This document shows, one piece after another, positions 53,930 through 64,000 of a stretch of DNA of 64,000 nucleotides. This DNA is from Camelus dromedarius (Eukaryota). The stretch is from the NCBI RefSeq assembly GCF_036321535.1, contig NC_087436.1, forward strand, positions 682,001 through 746,000, in the 5' to 3' direction. The notes under the pieces are model-generated. The model searched no databases and had not been told where the DNA came from. It was given only the letters and a program-made list of their open reading frames with translations. Positions within the stretch are counted from its first letter, which is position 1; every line of letters begins with the position of its first letter. The translations under genes were made by a program, and so were the position numbers.

Positions 53930-56900
53930 TTCACTGTCAAACGGAGTTGGAGGTAGTACCTCCCCATATATATGTATGGAATGGAGTTTGCAACTGAAAA
54001 GAAACTTTGTGTTCCCAACAAGCTAGGTGAAGGACGGCTTTCACACACACTTATCTCTCAGAACTGAGCAAGTGGAGAGACGTTCGTTCATCTAGCACCA
54101 AGGGAACGGGTTGCAGGAGACACTTTTTCTCTGCTTCCTCAGTCTGTTTCCTAGTGCCGGTTTGAAGTTCCTGCTGTTTTCACTGTAAAACCGAGTTGGA
54201 GCTAGTACCTCCCCATATATATGTATGGAATGGAGTTTGCAACTGAAAAGAAACTTTGTGTTCCCAACAAGCTAGGTGAAGGACGGCTTTCACACACACT
54301 TATCTCTCAGAACTGAGCAAGTGGAGAGACGTTCGTTCATCTAGCACCAAGGGAACGGGTTGCAGGAGACACTTTTTCTCTGCTTTCTCAGTCTGTTTCC
54401 TAGTGCCGGTTTGAAGTTCCTGCAGTATTCACTGTCAAACCGAGTTGGAGCTTGTACCTCCCCATATATATGTATGGAATGGCGTTTGCAACTGAAAAGA
54501 AACTTTGTGTTCCCAACAAGCTAGGTGAAGGACGGCTTTCACACACACTTATCTCTCAGAACTGAGCAAGTGGAGAGACGTTCGTTCATGTAGCACAAAG
54601 GGAACGGGTTGCAGGAGACACTTTTTCTCTGCTTTCTCAGTCTGTTTCCTAGTGCCGGTTTCAGGTTCCTGCAGTTTTCACTCTCAAACCGATTTGGAGC
54701 TAGTACCTCCCAATATATATGTATGGAATTGAGTTGGCAACTGAAAAGAAACTTTGTGTTCCCAACAAGATAGGTGAAGGACGGCTTTCACACACACTTA
54801 TCTCTCAGAACTGAGCAAGTGGAGAGACGTTCGTTCATCTAGCACCAAGGGAACGGGTTGCAGGAGACACTTTTTCTCTGCTTCCTCAGTCTGTTTCCTA
54901 GTGCCGGTTTGAAGTTCCTGCAGTTTTCACTGTCAAACGGAGTTGGAGGTAGTACCTCCCCATATATATGTATGGAATGGAGTTTGCAACTGAAAAGAAA
55001 CTTTGTGTTCCCAACAAGCTAGGTGAAGGACGGCTTTCACACACACTTATCTCTCAGAACAGAGCAAGTGGAGAGACGTTCGTTCATCTAGCACCAAGGG
55101 AACGGGTTGCAGGAGACACTTTTTCTCTGCTTTCTCAGTCTGTTTCCTAGTGCCGGTTTGAAGTTCCTGCTGTTTTCACTGTAAAACCGAGTTGGAGCTA
55201 GTACCTCCCCATATATATGTATGGAATGGAGTTTGCAACTGAAAAGAAACTTTGTGTTCCCAACAAGCTAGGTGAAGGACGGCTTTCACACACACTTATC
55301 TCTCAGAACTGAGCAAGTGGAGAGACGTTCGTTCATCTAGCACCAAGGGAACGGGTTGCAGGAGACACTTTTTCTCTGCTTTCTCAGTCTGTTTCCTAGT
55401 GCCGGTTTGAAGTTCCTGCAGTATTCACTGTCAAACCGAGTTGGAGCTTGTACCTCCCCATATATATGTATGGAATGGAGTTTGCAACTGAAAAGAAACT
55501 TTGTGTTCCCAACAAGCTAGGTGAAGGACGGCTTTCACACACACTTATCTCTCAGAACTGAGCAAGTGGAGAGACGTTCGTTCATGTAGCACAAAGGGAA
55601 CGGGTTGCAGGAGACACTTTTTCTCTGCTTTCTCAGTCTGTTTCCTAGTGCCGGTTTCAGGTTCCTGCAGTTTTCACTCTCAAACCGATTTGGAGCTAGT
55701 ACCTCCCAATATATATGTATGGAATTGAGTTGGCAACTGAAAAGAAACTTTGTGTTCCCAACAAGATAGGTGAAGGACGGCTTTCACACACACTTATCTC
55801 TCAGAACTGAGCAAGTGGAGAGACGTTCTTTCATGTAGCACCAAGGGAACGGGTTGCAGGAGACACTTTTTCTCTGCTTCCTCAGTCTGTTTCCTAGTGC
55901 CGGTTTGAAGTTCCTGCAGTTTTCACTGTAAAACCGAGTTGGAGCTTGTACCTCCCCATATATATGTATGGAATGGAGTTTGCAACTGAAAAGAAACTTT
56001 GTGTTCCCAACAAGATAGGTGAAGGACGGCTTTCACACACACTTATCTCTCAGAACTGAGCAAGTGGAGAGACGTTCGTTCATCTAGCACCAAGCGAACG
56101 GGTTGCAGGAGACACTTTTTCTCTGCTTTCTCAGTCTGTTTCCTAGTGCCGGTATGAAGTTCCTGCAGTTTTCACTGTGAAACCGAGTTGGAGCTTCTAC
56201 CTCCCCATATATATGTATGGAATGGAGTTTTCAACTGAAAAGAAACTTTGTGTTCCCAACAAGCTAGGTGAAGGACGGCTTTCACACACACTTATCTCTC
56301 AGAACTGAGCAAGTGGAGAGACGTTCGTTCATGTAGCACAAAGGGAACGGGTTGCAGGAGACACTTTTTCTCTGCTTTCTCAGTCTGTTTCCTAGTGCCG
56401 GTTTCAGGTTCCTGCAGTTTTCACTCTCAAACCGATTTGGAGCTAGTACCTCCCAATATATATGTATGGAATTGAGTTGGCAACTGAAAAGAAACTTTGT
56501 GTTCCCAACAAGATAGGTGAAGGACGGCTTTCACACACACTTATCTCTCAGAACTGAGCAAGTGGAGAGACGTTCTTTCATGTAGCACCAAGGGAACGGG
56601 TTGCAGGAGACACTTTTTCTCTGCTTCCTCAGTCTGTTTCCTAGTGCCGGTTTGAAGTTCCTGCAGTTTTCACTGTAAAACCGAGTTGGAGCTTGTACCT
56701 CCCCATATATATGTATGGAATGGAGTTTGCAACTGAAAAGAAACTTTGTGTTCCCAACAAGATAGGTGAAGGACGGCTTTCACACACACTTATCTCTCAG
56801 AACTGAGCAAGTGGAGAGACGTTCGTTCATCTAGCACCAAGCGAACGGGTTGCAGGAGACACTTTTTCTCTGCTTTCTCAGTCTGTTTCCTAGTGCCGGT

Positions 56901-57050
56901 ATGAAGTTCCTGCAGTTTTCACTGTGAAACCGAGTTGGAGCTTCTACCTCCCCATATATATGTATGGAATGGAGTTTTCAACTGAAAAGAAACTTTGTGT
57001 TCCCAACAAGCTAGGTGAAGGACGGCTTTCACACACACTTATCTCTCAGA
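53930..57050. repeat. Overlapping 4-monomer (996 bp) and 3-monomer (747 bp) tandem duplications
   Basis: aacggagttggaggtag at about 53941 and 54937; tttcagg at 54662, 55658 and 56405; ttttcaact at about 56231 and 56978. Confidence 0.85.
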
Positions 57051-57109
57051 ACAGAGCAATTGGAGAGACGTTCGTTCATCTAGCACCAAGGGAACGCGTT
57101 GCAGGAGAC

Positions 57110-60080
57110 ACTTTTTCTCTGCTTTCTCAGTCTGTTTCCTAGTGCCGGTTTGAAGTTCCTGCAGTTTTCACTGTCAACCCGAGTTGGAGCTAGTACCTCC
57201 CCATATATATGTATGGAATGGAGTTTGCAACTGAAAAGAAACTTTGTGTTCCCAACAAGCTAGGTGAAGGACGGCTTTCACACGCACATATCTCTCAGAA
57301 CTGAGCAAGTGGAGAGATGTTCGTTCATCTAGCACCAAGGGAACGGGTTGCAGGAGACACTTTTTCTCTGCTTTCTCAGTCTGTTTCCTAGTGCCGGTTT
57401 GAAGTTCCTGCAGTTTTCATTGTCAAACCGATTTGGAGCTAGTATCTATCCATATATATGTATGGAATGGAGTTTACAACTGAAAAGAAACTTTGTGTTC
57501 CCAACAAGCTTCGTGAAGAGCGGCTTTCACACACACTTATCTCTCAGAACTGAGCAAGTGGAGAGACGTTCGTTCATCCAGCACCAAGGGAACGGGTTGC
57601 AGGAGACACTTTTTCTCTGCTTTCTCAGTCTGTTTCCTAGTGCCGGTTTCAAGTTCCTGCAGTTATCACTGTAAAACCGAGTTGGAGCTTGTACCTCCCC
57701 ATATATATGTATGGAATGGAGTGTGCAACTGAAAAGAAACTTTGTGTTCCCAACAAGCTAGGTGAAGGACGGCTTTCACACACACTTATCTCTCAGAACT
57801 GAGCAAGTGGAGAGACGTTCGTTCATCTAGCACCAAGGGAACGGGTTGCAGGAGACACTTTTTCTCTGTTTTCTCAGTCTGTTTCCTAGTGCCGGTTTGA
57901 AGTTCCTGCAGTTTTCACTGTGAAACCCAGTTGGAGCTTCTACCTCCCCATATATATGTATGGAATGGAGTTTGCTACTGAAAAGAAACTTTGTGTTCCC
58001 AACAAGCAAGGTGAAGGACGGCTTTCACACACACTTATCTCTCAGAACTGAGCAAGTGGAGAGACGTTCGTTCATCTAGCACCAAGGGAACGGGTTGCAG
58101 GAGACACTTTTTCTCTGCTTTCTCAGTCTGTTTCCTAGTGCCGGTTTGAAGTTCCTGCAGTTTTCACAGTCAAACCGAGTTGGAGCTAGTACCTCCCCAT
58201 ATATATGTATGGAATGGAGTTTGCAACTGAAAAGAAACTTTGTGTTCCCAACAAGCTAGGTGAAGGACGGCTTTCACACACACTTATCTCTCAGAACAGA
58301 GCAAGTGGAGAGACGTTCTTTCATGTAGCACCAAGGGAACGGTTTGCAGGAGACACTTTTTCTCTGCTTCCTCAGTCTGTTTCCTAGTGCCGGTTTGAAG
58401 TTCCTGCAGTTTTCACTGTAAAACCGAGTTGGAGCTTGTACCTCCCCATATATATGTATGGAATGGAGTTTGCAACTGAAAAGAAACTTTGTGTTCCCAA
58501 CAAGCTAGGTGAAGGACGGCTTTCACACACACTTATCTCTCAGAACTGAGCAAGTGGAGAGACGTTCGTTCATCTAGCACCAAGCGAACGGGTTGCAGGA
58601 GACACTTTTTCTCTGCTTTCTCAGTCTGTTTCCTAGTGCCGGTTTGAAGTTCCTGCAGTTTTCACTGTCAACCCGAGTTGGAGCTAGTACCTCCCCATAT
58701 ATATGTATGGAATGGAGTTTGCAACTGAAAAGAAACTTTGTGTTCCCAACAAGCTAGGTGAAGGACGGCTTTCACACGCACATATCTCTCAGAACTGAGC
58801 AAGTGGAGAGATGTTCGTTCATCTAGCACCAAGGGAACGGGTTGCAGGAGACACTTTTTCTCTGCTTTCTCAGTCTGTTTCCTAGTGCCGGTTTGAAGTT
58901 CCTGCAGTTTTCATTGTCAAACCGATTTGGAGCTAGTATCTATCCATATATATGTATGGAATGGAGTTTACAACTGAAAAGAAACTTTGTGTTCCCAACA
59001 AGCTTCGTGAAGAGCGGCTTTCACACACACTTATCTCTCAGAACTGAGCAAGTGGAGAGACGTTCGTTCATCCAGCACCAAGGGAACGGGTTGCAGGAGA
59101 CACTTTTTCTCTGCTTTCTCAGTCTGTTTCCTAGTGCCGGTTTCAAGTTCCTGCAGTTATCACTGTAAAACCGAGTTGGAGCTTGTACCTCCCCATATAT
59201 ATGTATGGAATGGAGTGTGCAACTGAAAAGAAACTTTGTGTTCCCAACAAGCTAGGTGAAGGACGGCTTTCACACACACTTATCTCTCAGAACTGAGCAA
59301 GTGGAGAGACGTTCGTTCATCTAGCACCAAGGGAACGGGTTGCAGGAGACACTTTTTCTCTGTTTTCTCAGTCTGTTTCCTAGTGCCGGTTTGAAGTTCC
59401 TGCAGTTTTCACTGTGAAACCCAGTTGGAGCTTCTACCTCCCCATATATATGTATGGAATGGAGTTTGCTACTGAAAAGAAACTTTGTGTTCCCAACAAG
59501 CAAGGTGAAGGACGGCTTTCACACACACTTATCTCTCAGAACTGAGCAAGTGGAGAGACGTTCGTTCATCTAGCACCAAGGGAACGGGTTGCAGGAGACA
59601 CTTTTTCTCTGCTTTCTCAGTCTGTTTCCTAGTGCCGGTTTGAAGTTCCTGCAGTTTTCACAGTCAAACCGAGTTGGAGCTAGTACCTCCCCATATATAT
59701 GTATGGAATGGAGTTTGCAACTGAAAAGAAACTTTGTGTTCCCAACAAGCTAGGTGAAGGACGGCTTTCACACACACTTATCTCTCAGAACAGAGCAAGT
59801 GGAGAGACGTTCTTTCATGTAGCACCAAGGGAACGGTTTGCAGGAGACACTTTTTCTCTGCTTCCTCAGTCTGTTTCCTAGTGCCGGTTTGAAGTTCCTG
59901 CAGTTTTCACTGTAAAACCGAGTTGGAGCTTGTACCTCCCCATATATATGTATGGAATGGAGTTTGCAACTGAAAAGAAACTTTGTGTTCCCAACAAGCT
60001 AGGTGAAGGACGGCTTTCACACACACTTATCTCTCAGAACTGAGCAAGTGGAGAGACGTTCGTTCATCTAGCACCAAGCG
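57110..60080. repeat. Tandem duplication of a 6-monomer unit (1,494 bp)
   Basis: 57348/58842, 57827/59321 and 58205/59699 are all offset by 1494. Private variants: caacccgag, gagatgtt, atctatcc, gcttcgtg, gagtgtgc, ttgctact, ttcacagt. Confidence 0.92.
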
Positions 60081-60249
60081 AATGGGTTGCAGGAGACACT
60101 TTTTCTCTGCTTTCTCAGTCTGTTTCCTAGTGCCGGTTTGAAGTTCCTGCAGTTTTCACTGTGAAACCGAGTTGGAGCTTCTACCTCCCCATATATATGT
60201 ATGGAATGGAGTTTTCAACTGAAAAGAAACTTTGTGTTCCCAACAAGCT

Positions 60250-63200
60250 AGGTGAAGGATGGCTTTCACACACAATTATCTCTCAGAACAGAGCAAGTAG
60301 AGAGACGTTCGTTCATCTAGCACCTAGGGAACGGGTTGCAGGAGACACTTTTTCTCTGCTTTCTCAGTCTGTTACCTAGTGCCGGTTTGAAGTTCCTGCA
60401 GTTTTCACTGTCAAACCGAGTTGGAGCTAGTACCTCCCCATATATATGTATGGAATGGAGTTTGCAACTGAAAAGAAACTTTGTGTTCCCAACAAGCTAG
60501 GTGAAGGACGGCTTTCACACACACTTATCTCTCAGAACTGAGCAAGTGGAGAGACGTTCGTTCATCTAGCACCAGGGAACGGGTTGCAGGAGACACTTTT
60601 TCTCTGCTTCCTCAGTCTGTTTCCTAGTGCCGGTTTGAAGTTCCTGCAGTTTTCACTGTAAAACCGAGTTGGAGCTTGTACCTCCCCATATATATGTATG
60701 GAATGGAGTTTGCAACTGAAAAGAAACTTTGTTTTCCCAACAAGCTAGGTGAAGGACGGCTTTCACACACACTTATCTCTCAGAACTGAGCAAGTGGAGA
60801 GACGTTCGTTCATCTAGCACCAAGGGAACGGGTTGCAGGGGACACTTTTTCTCTGCTTTCTCAGTCTGTTTCCTAGTGCCGGTTTGAAGTTCCTGCAGTT
60901 TTCACTGTAAAGTCGAGTTGGAGCTTCTACCTCCCCATATATATATATGGAATGGAGTTTGCAACTGAAAAGAAACTTTGTGTTCCCAACAAGCTAGGTG
61001 AAGTACGGCTTTCACACACACTTATCTCTCAGAACAGAGCAAGTGGAGAGACGTTCGTTCATCTAGCACCAAGGGAACGGGTTGCAGGAGACACTTATTC
61101 TCTGCTTTCTCAGTCTGTTTCCTAGTGCCGGTTTGAAGTTCCTGCAGTTTTCACTGTCAAACCGAGTTGGAGCTAGTACCTCCCCATATATATGTATGGA
61201 ATGGAGTTTGCAACTGAAAAGAAACTTTGTGTTCCCAACAAGCTAGGTGAAGGACGGCTTTCACACACACTTATCTCTCAGAACTGAGCAAGTGGAGAGA
61301 CGTTCGTTCATCTAGCACCAAGGGAACGGGTTGCAGGAGACACTTTTTCTCTGCTTCCTCAGTCTGTTTCCTAGTGCCGGTTTGAAGTTCCTGCAGTTTT
61401 CACTGTAAAACCGAGTTGGAGCTTCTACCTCCTCATATATATGTATGGAATGGAGTTTGCAACTGAAAAGAAACTTTGTGTTCCCAAAAAGCATGGTGAA
61501 GGACTGCTTTCACACACACTTATCTCTCAGAACTGAGCAAGTGGAGAGACGTTCGTTCATCTAGAACCAAGGGAACGGGTTGCAGGAGACACTTATTCTC
61601 TGCTTTCTCAGTCTGTTTCCTAGTGCCGGTTTGAAGTTCCTGCAGTTTTCACTGTAAAACCGAGTTGGAGCTTGTACCTCCCCATATATATGTATGGAAT
61701 GGAGTTTGCAACTGAAAAGAAACTTTGTGTTCCCAACAAGCTAGGTGAAGGACGGCTTTCACACACACTTATCTCTCAGAACTGAGCAAGTGGAGAGACG
61801 TTCGTTCATCTAACACCAAGGGAACGGGTTGCAGGAGACACTTTTTCTCTGCTTCTCAGTCTGTTTCCTAGTGCCGGTTTGAAGTTCCTGCAGTTTTCAC
61901 TGTAAAACCGAGTTGGAGCTTGTACCTCCCCATATATATGTATGAAATGGAGTTTGCAACTGAAAAGAAACTTTGTGTTCCCAACAAGCTAGGTGAAGGA
62001 CGGCTTTCACACACACTTAACTCTCAGAACTGAGCAAGTGGAGAGACGTTCGTTCATCTAGCACCAAGGGAACGGGTTGCAGGGGACACTTTTTCTCTGC
62101 TTTCTCAGTCTGTTTCCTAGTGCCGGTTTGAAGTTCCTGCAGTTTTCACTGTAAAACCGAGTTGGAGCTTGTACCTCCCCATATATATATATGGAATGGT
62201 GTTTGCAACTGAAAAGAAACTTTGTGTTCCCAACAAGCTAGGTGAAGTACGGCTTTCACACACACTTATCTCTCAGAACAGAGCAAGTGGAGAGACGTTC
62301 GTTCATCTAGCACCAAGGGAACGGGTTGCAGGAGACACTTTTTCTCTGCTTTATCAGTCTGTTTCCTAGTGCCGGTTTGAAGTTCCTGCAGTTTTCACTG
62401 TCAAACCGAGTTGGAGCTAGTACCTCCCCATATATATGTATGGAATGGAGTTTGCAACTGTAAAGAAACTTTGTGTTCCCAACAAGCTAGGTGAAGGACG
62501 GCTTTCACACACACTTATCTCTCAGAACTGAGCAAGTGGAGAGACGTTCGTTCATCTAGCACCAAGGGAACGGGTTGCAGGAGACAATTTTTCTCTGCTT
62601 CCTCAGTCTGTTTCCTAGTGCCGGTTTGAAGTTCCTGCAGTTTTCACTGTAAAACCGAGTTGGAGCTTCTACCTCCTCATATATATGTATGGAATGGAGT
62701 TTGCAACTGAAAAGAAACTTTGTGTTCCCAAAAAGCAAGGTGAAGGACTGCTTTCACACACACTTATCTCTCAGAACTGAGCAAGTGGAGAGACGTTCGT
62801 TCATCTAGAACCAAGGGAACGGGTTGCAGGAGACACTTATTCTCTGCTTTCTCAGTCTGTTTCCTAGTGCCGGTTTGAAGTTCCTGCAGTTTTCACTGTA
62901 AAACCGAGTTGGAGCTTGTACCTCCCCATATATATGTATGGAATGGAGTTTGCAACTGAAAAGAAACTTTGTGTTCCCAACAAGCTAGGTGAAGGACGGC
63001 TTTCACACACACTTATCTCTCAGAACTGAGCAAGTGGAGAGACGTTCGTTCATCTAGCACCAAGGGAACGGGTTGCAGGGGACACTTTTTCTCTGCTATC
63101 TCAGTCTGTTTCCTAGTGCCGGTTTGAAGTTCCTGCAGTTTTCACTGTGAAATCGAGTTGGAGCTTCTACCTCCCCATATATATGTATGGAATGGAGTTT

Positions 63201-63450
63201 GCAACTGAAAAGAAACTTTGTGTTCCCAAAAAGCAAGGTGAAGGACTGCTTTCACACACACTTATCTCTCAGAACTGAGCAAGTGGAGAGACGTTCGTTC
63301 ATCTAGAACCAAGGGAACGGGTTGCAGGAGACCCTTATTCTCTGCTTTCTCAGTCTGTTTCCTAGTGCCGTTTTGAAGTTCCTGCAGTTTTCACTGTAAA
63401 ACCGAGTTGGAGCTTGTACCTCCCCATATATATGTATGGAATGGAGTTTG
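60250..63450. repeat. Second occurrence of the 8-monomer HOR family first seen at 25740-30350
   Basis: Same ordered variants. The private variant ttgttttccc occurs at 29387 and 60733 (offset 31,346, the same as 29966/61312). Confidence 0.87.
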
Positions 63451-64000
63451 CAACTGAAAAGAAACTTTGTGTTCCCAACAAGCTAGGTGAAGGACGGCTT
63501 TCACACACACTTATCTCTCAGAACTGAGCAAGTGGAGAGACGTTCGTTCATCTAGCACCAAGGGAACGGGTTGCAGGAGACACTTTTTCTCTGCTTCCTA
63601 AGTCTGTTTCCTAGTGCCGGTTTGAAGTTCCTGCAGTTTTCACTGTCAAACCGAGTTGGAGCTTCTACCTCCCCATATATATGTATGGAATGGAGTTTGC
63701 AACTGAAAAGAAACTTTGTGTTCCCAACAAGCTAGGTGAAGGACGGCTTTCACACACACTTATCTCTCAGAACTGAGCAAGTGGAGAGACGTTCGTTCAT
63801 CTAGCACCAAGGGAACGGCTTGCAGGGGACACTTTTTCTCTGCTTTCTCAGTCTGTTTCCTAGTGCCGGTTTGAAGTTCCTGCAGTTTTCACTGTAAAAC
63901 CGAGTTGGAGCTTCTACCTCCACATATATATGTATGGAATGGAGTTTGCAACTGAAAAGAAACTTTGTGTTCCCAACAAGCTAGTTGAAGGACGGCTTTC

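Larger units (their letters stand above)
1..64000. repeat. 249-bp tandem satellite DNA array (257 full monomers plus a partial), probably centromeric or pericentromeric; extends beyond both window ends
   Basis: The motif tttgcaactgaaaagaaactttgtgttccc recurs at 1, 250, 499 ... 63945. 257 x 249 = 63993 versus 63944 observed, and the 49-bp deficit is fully explained by small deletions I could locate. Consensus: TTTGCAACTGAAAAGAAACTTTGTGTTCCCAACAAGCTAGGTGAAGGACGGCTTTCACACACACTTATCTCTCAGAACTGAGCAAGTGGAGAGACGTTCGTTCATCTAGCACCAAGGGAACGGGTTGCAGGAGACACTTTTTCTCTGCTTTCTCAGTCTGTTTCCTAGTGCCGGTTTGAAGTTCCTGCAGTTTTCACTGTMAAACCGAGTTGGAGCTWSTACCTCCCCATATATATGTATGGAATGGAG. The centromeric assignment is inference. 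Confidence 0.98.

Noticed and set aside
125..62738. About 85 short ORFs (60-150 aa) in the ORF track
   Set aside because: All are translations of the satellite. Because 249 is divisible by 3, the frame persists between monomers, and ORFs lengthen only when a variant removes a stop codon. There is no recognisable protein domain.
1..64000. CRISPR array or other prokaryotic repeat system
   Set aside because: There are no unique spacers, the repeat unit is far too long, and there are no cas or other genes.
1..64000. Intact CENP-B box
   Set aside because: I found no TTCG-N4-A-N2-CGGG on either strand; the half-sites are 13 bp too far apart.

Overview
The whole window is one uninterrupted, head-to-tail tandem array of a 249-bp satellite monomer: 257 complete monomers plus a partial one, all in the same orientation, about 46% GC by my count of the consensus. 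I see no genes, transposons, inversions or unique sequence. Every ORF in the track is a translation of the repeat. The architecture resembles a eukaryotic (peri)centromeric satellite, but I cannot assign a species or named family from the sequence alone. Shared variants show layered structure: a 13,938-bp-offset near-identical duplication, a 12-monomer higher-order repeat (HOR) domain, an 8-monomer HOR domain that recurs 31 kb later, a variable 11/14/22-monomer domain, and many recent 2- to 9-monomer tandem duplications. Within the monomer, the most notable features are a CENP-B-box-like motif split by a 13-bp spacer and dense dyad symmetry (a long imperfect inverted repeat plus a three-way-junction-like fold).
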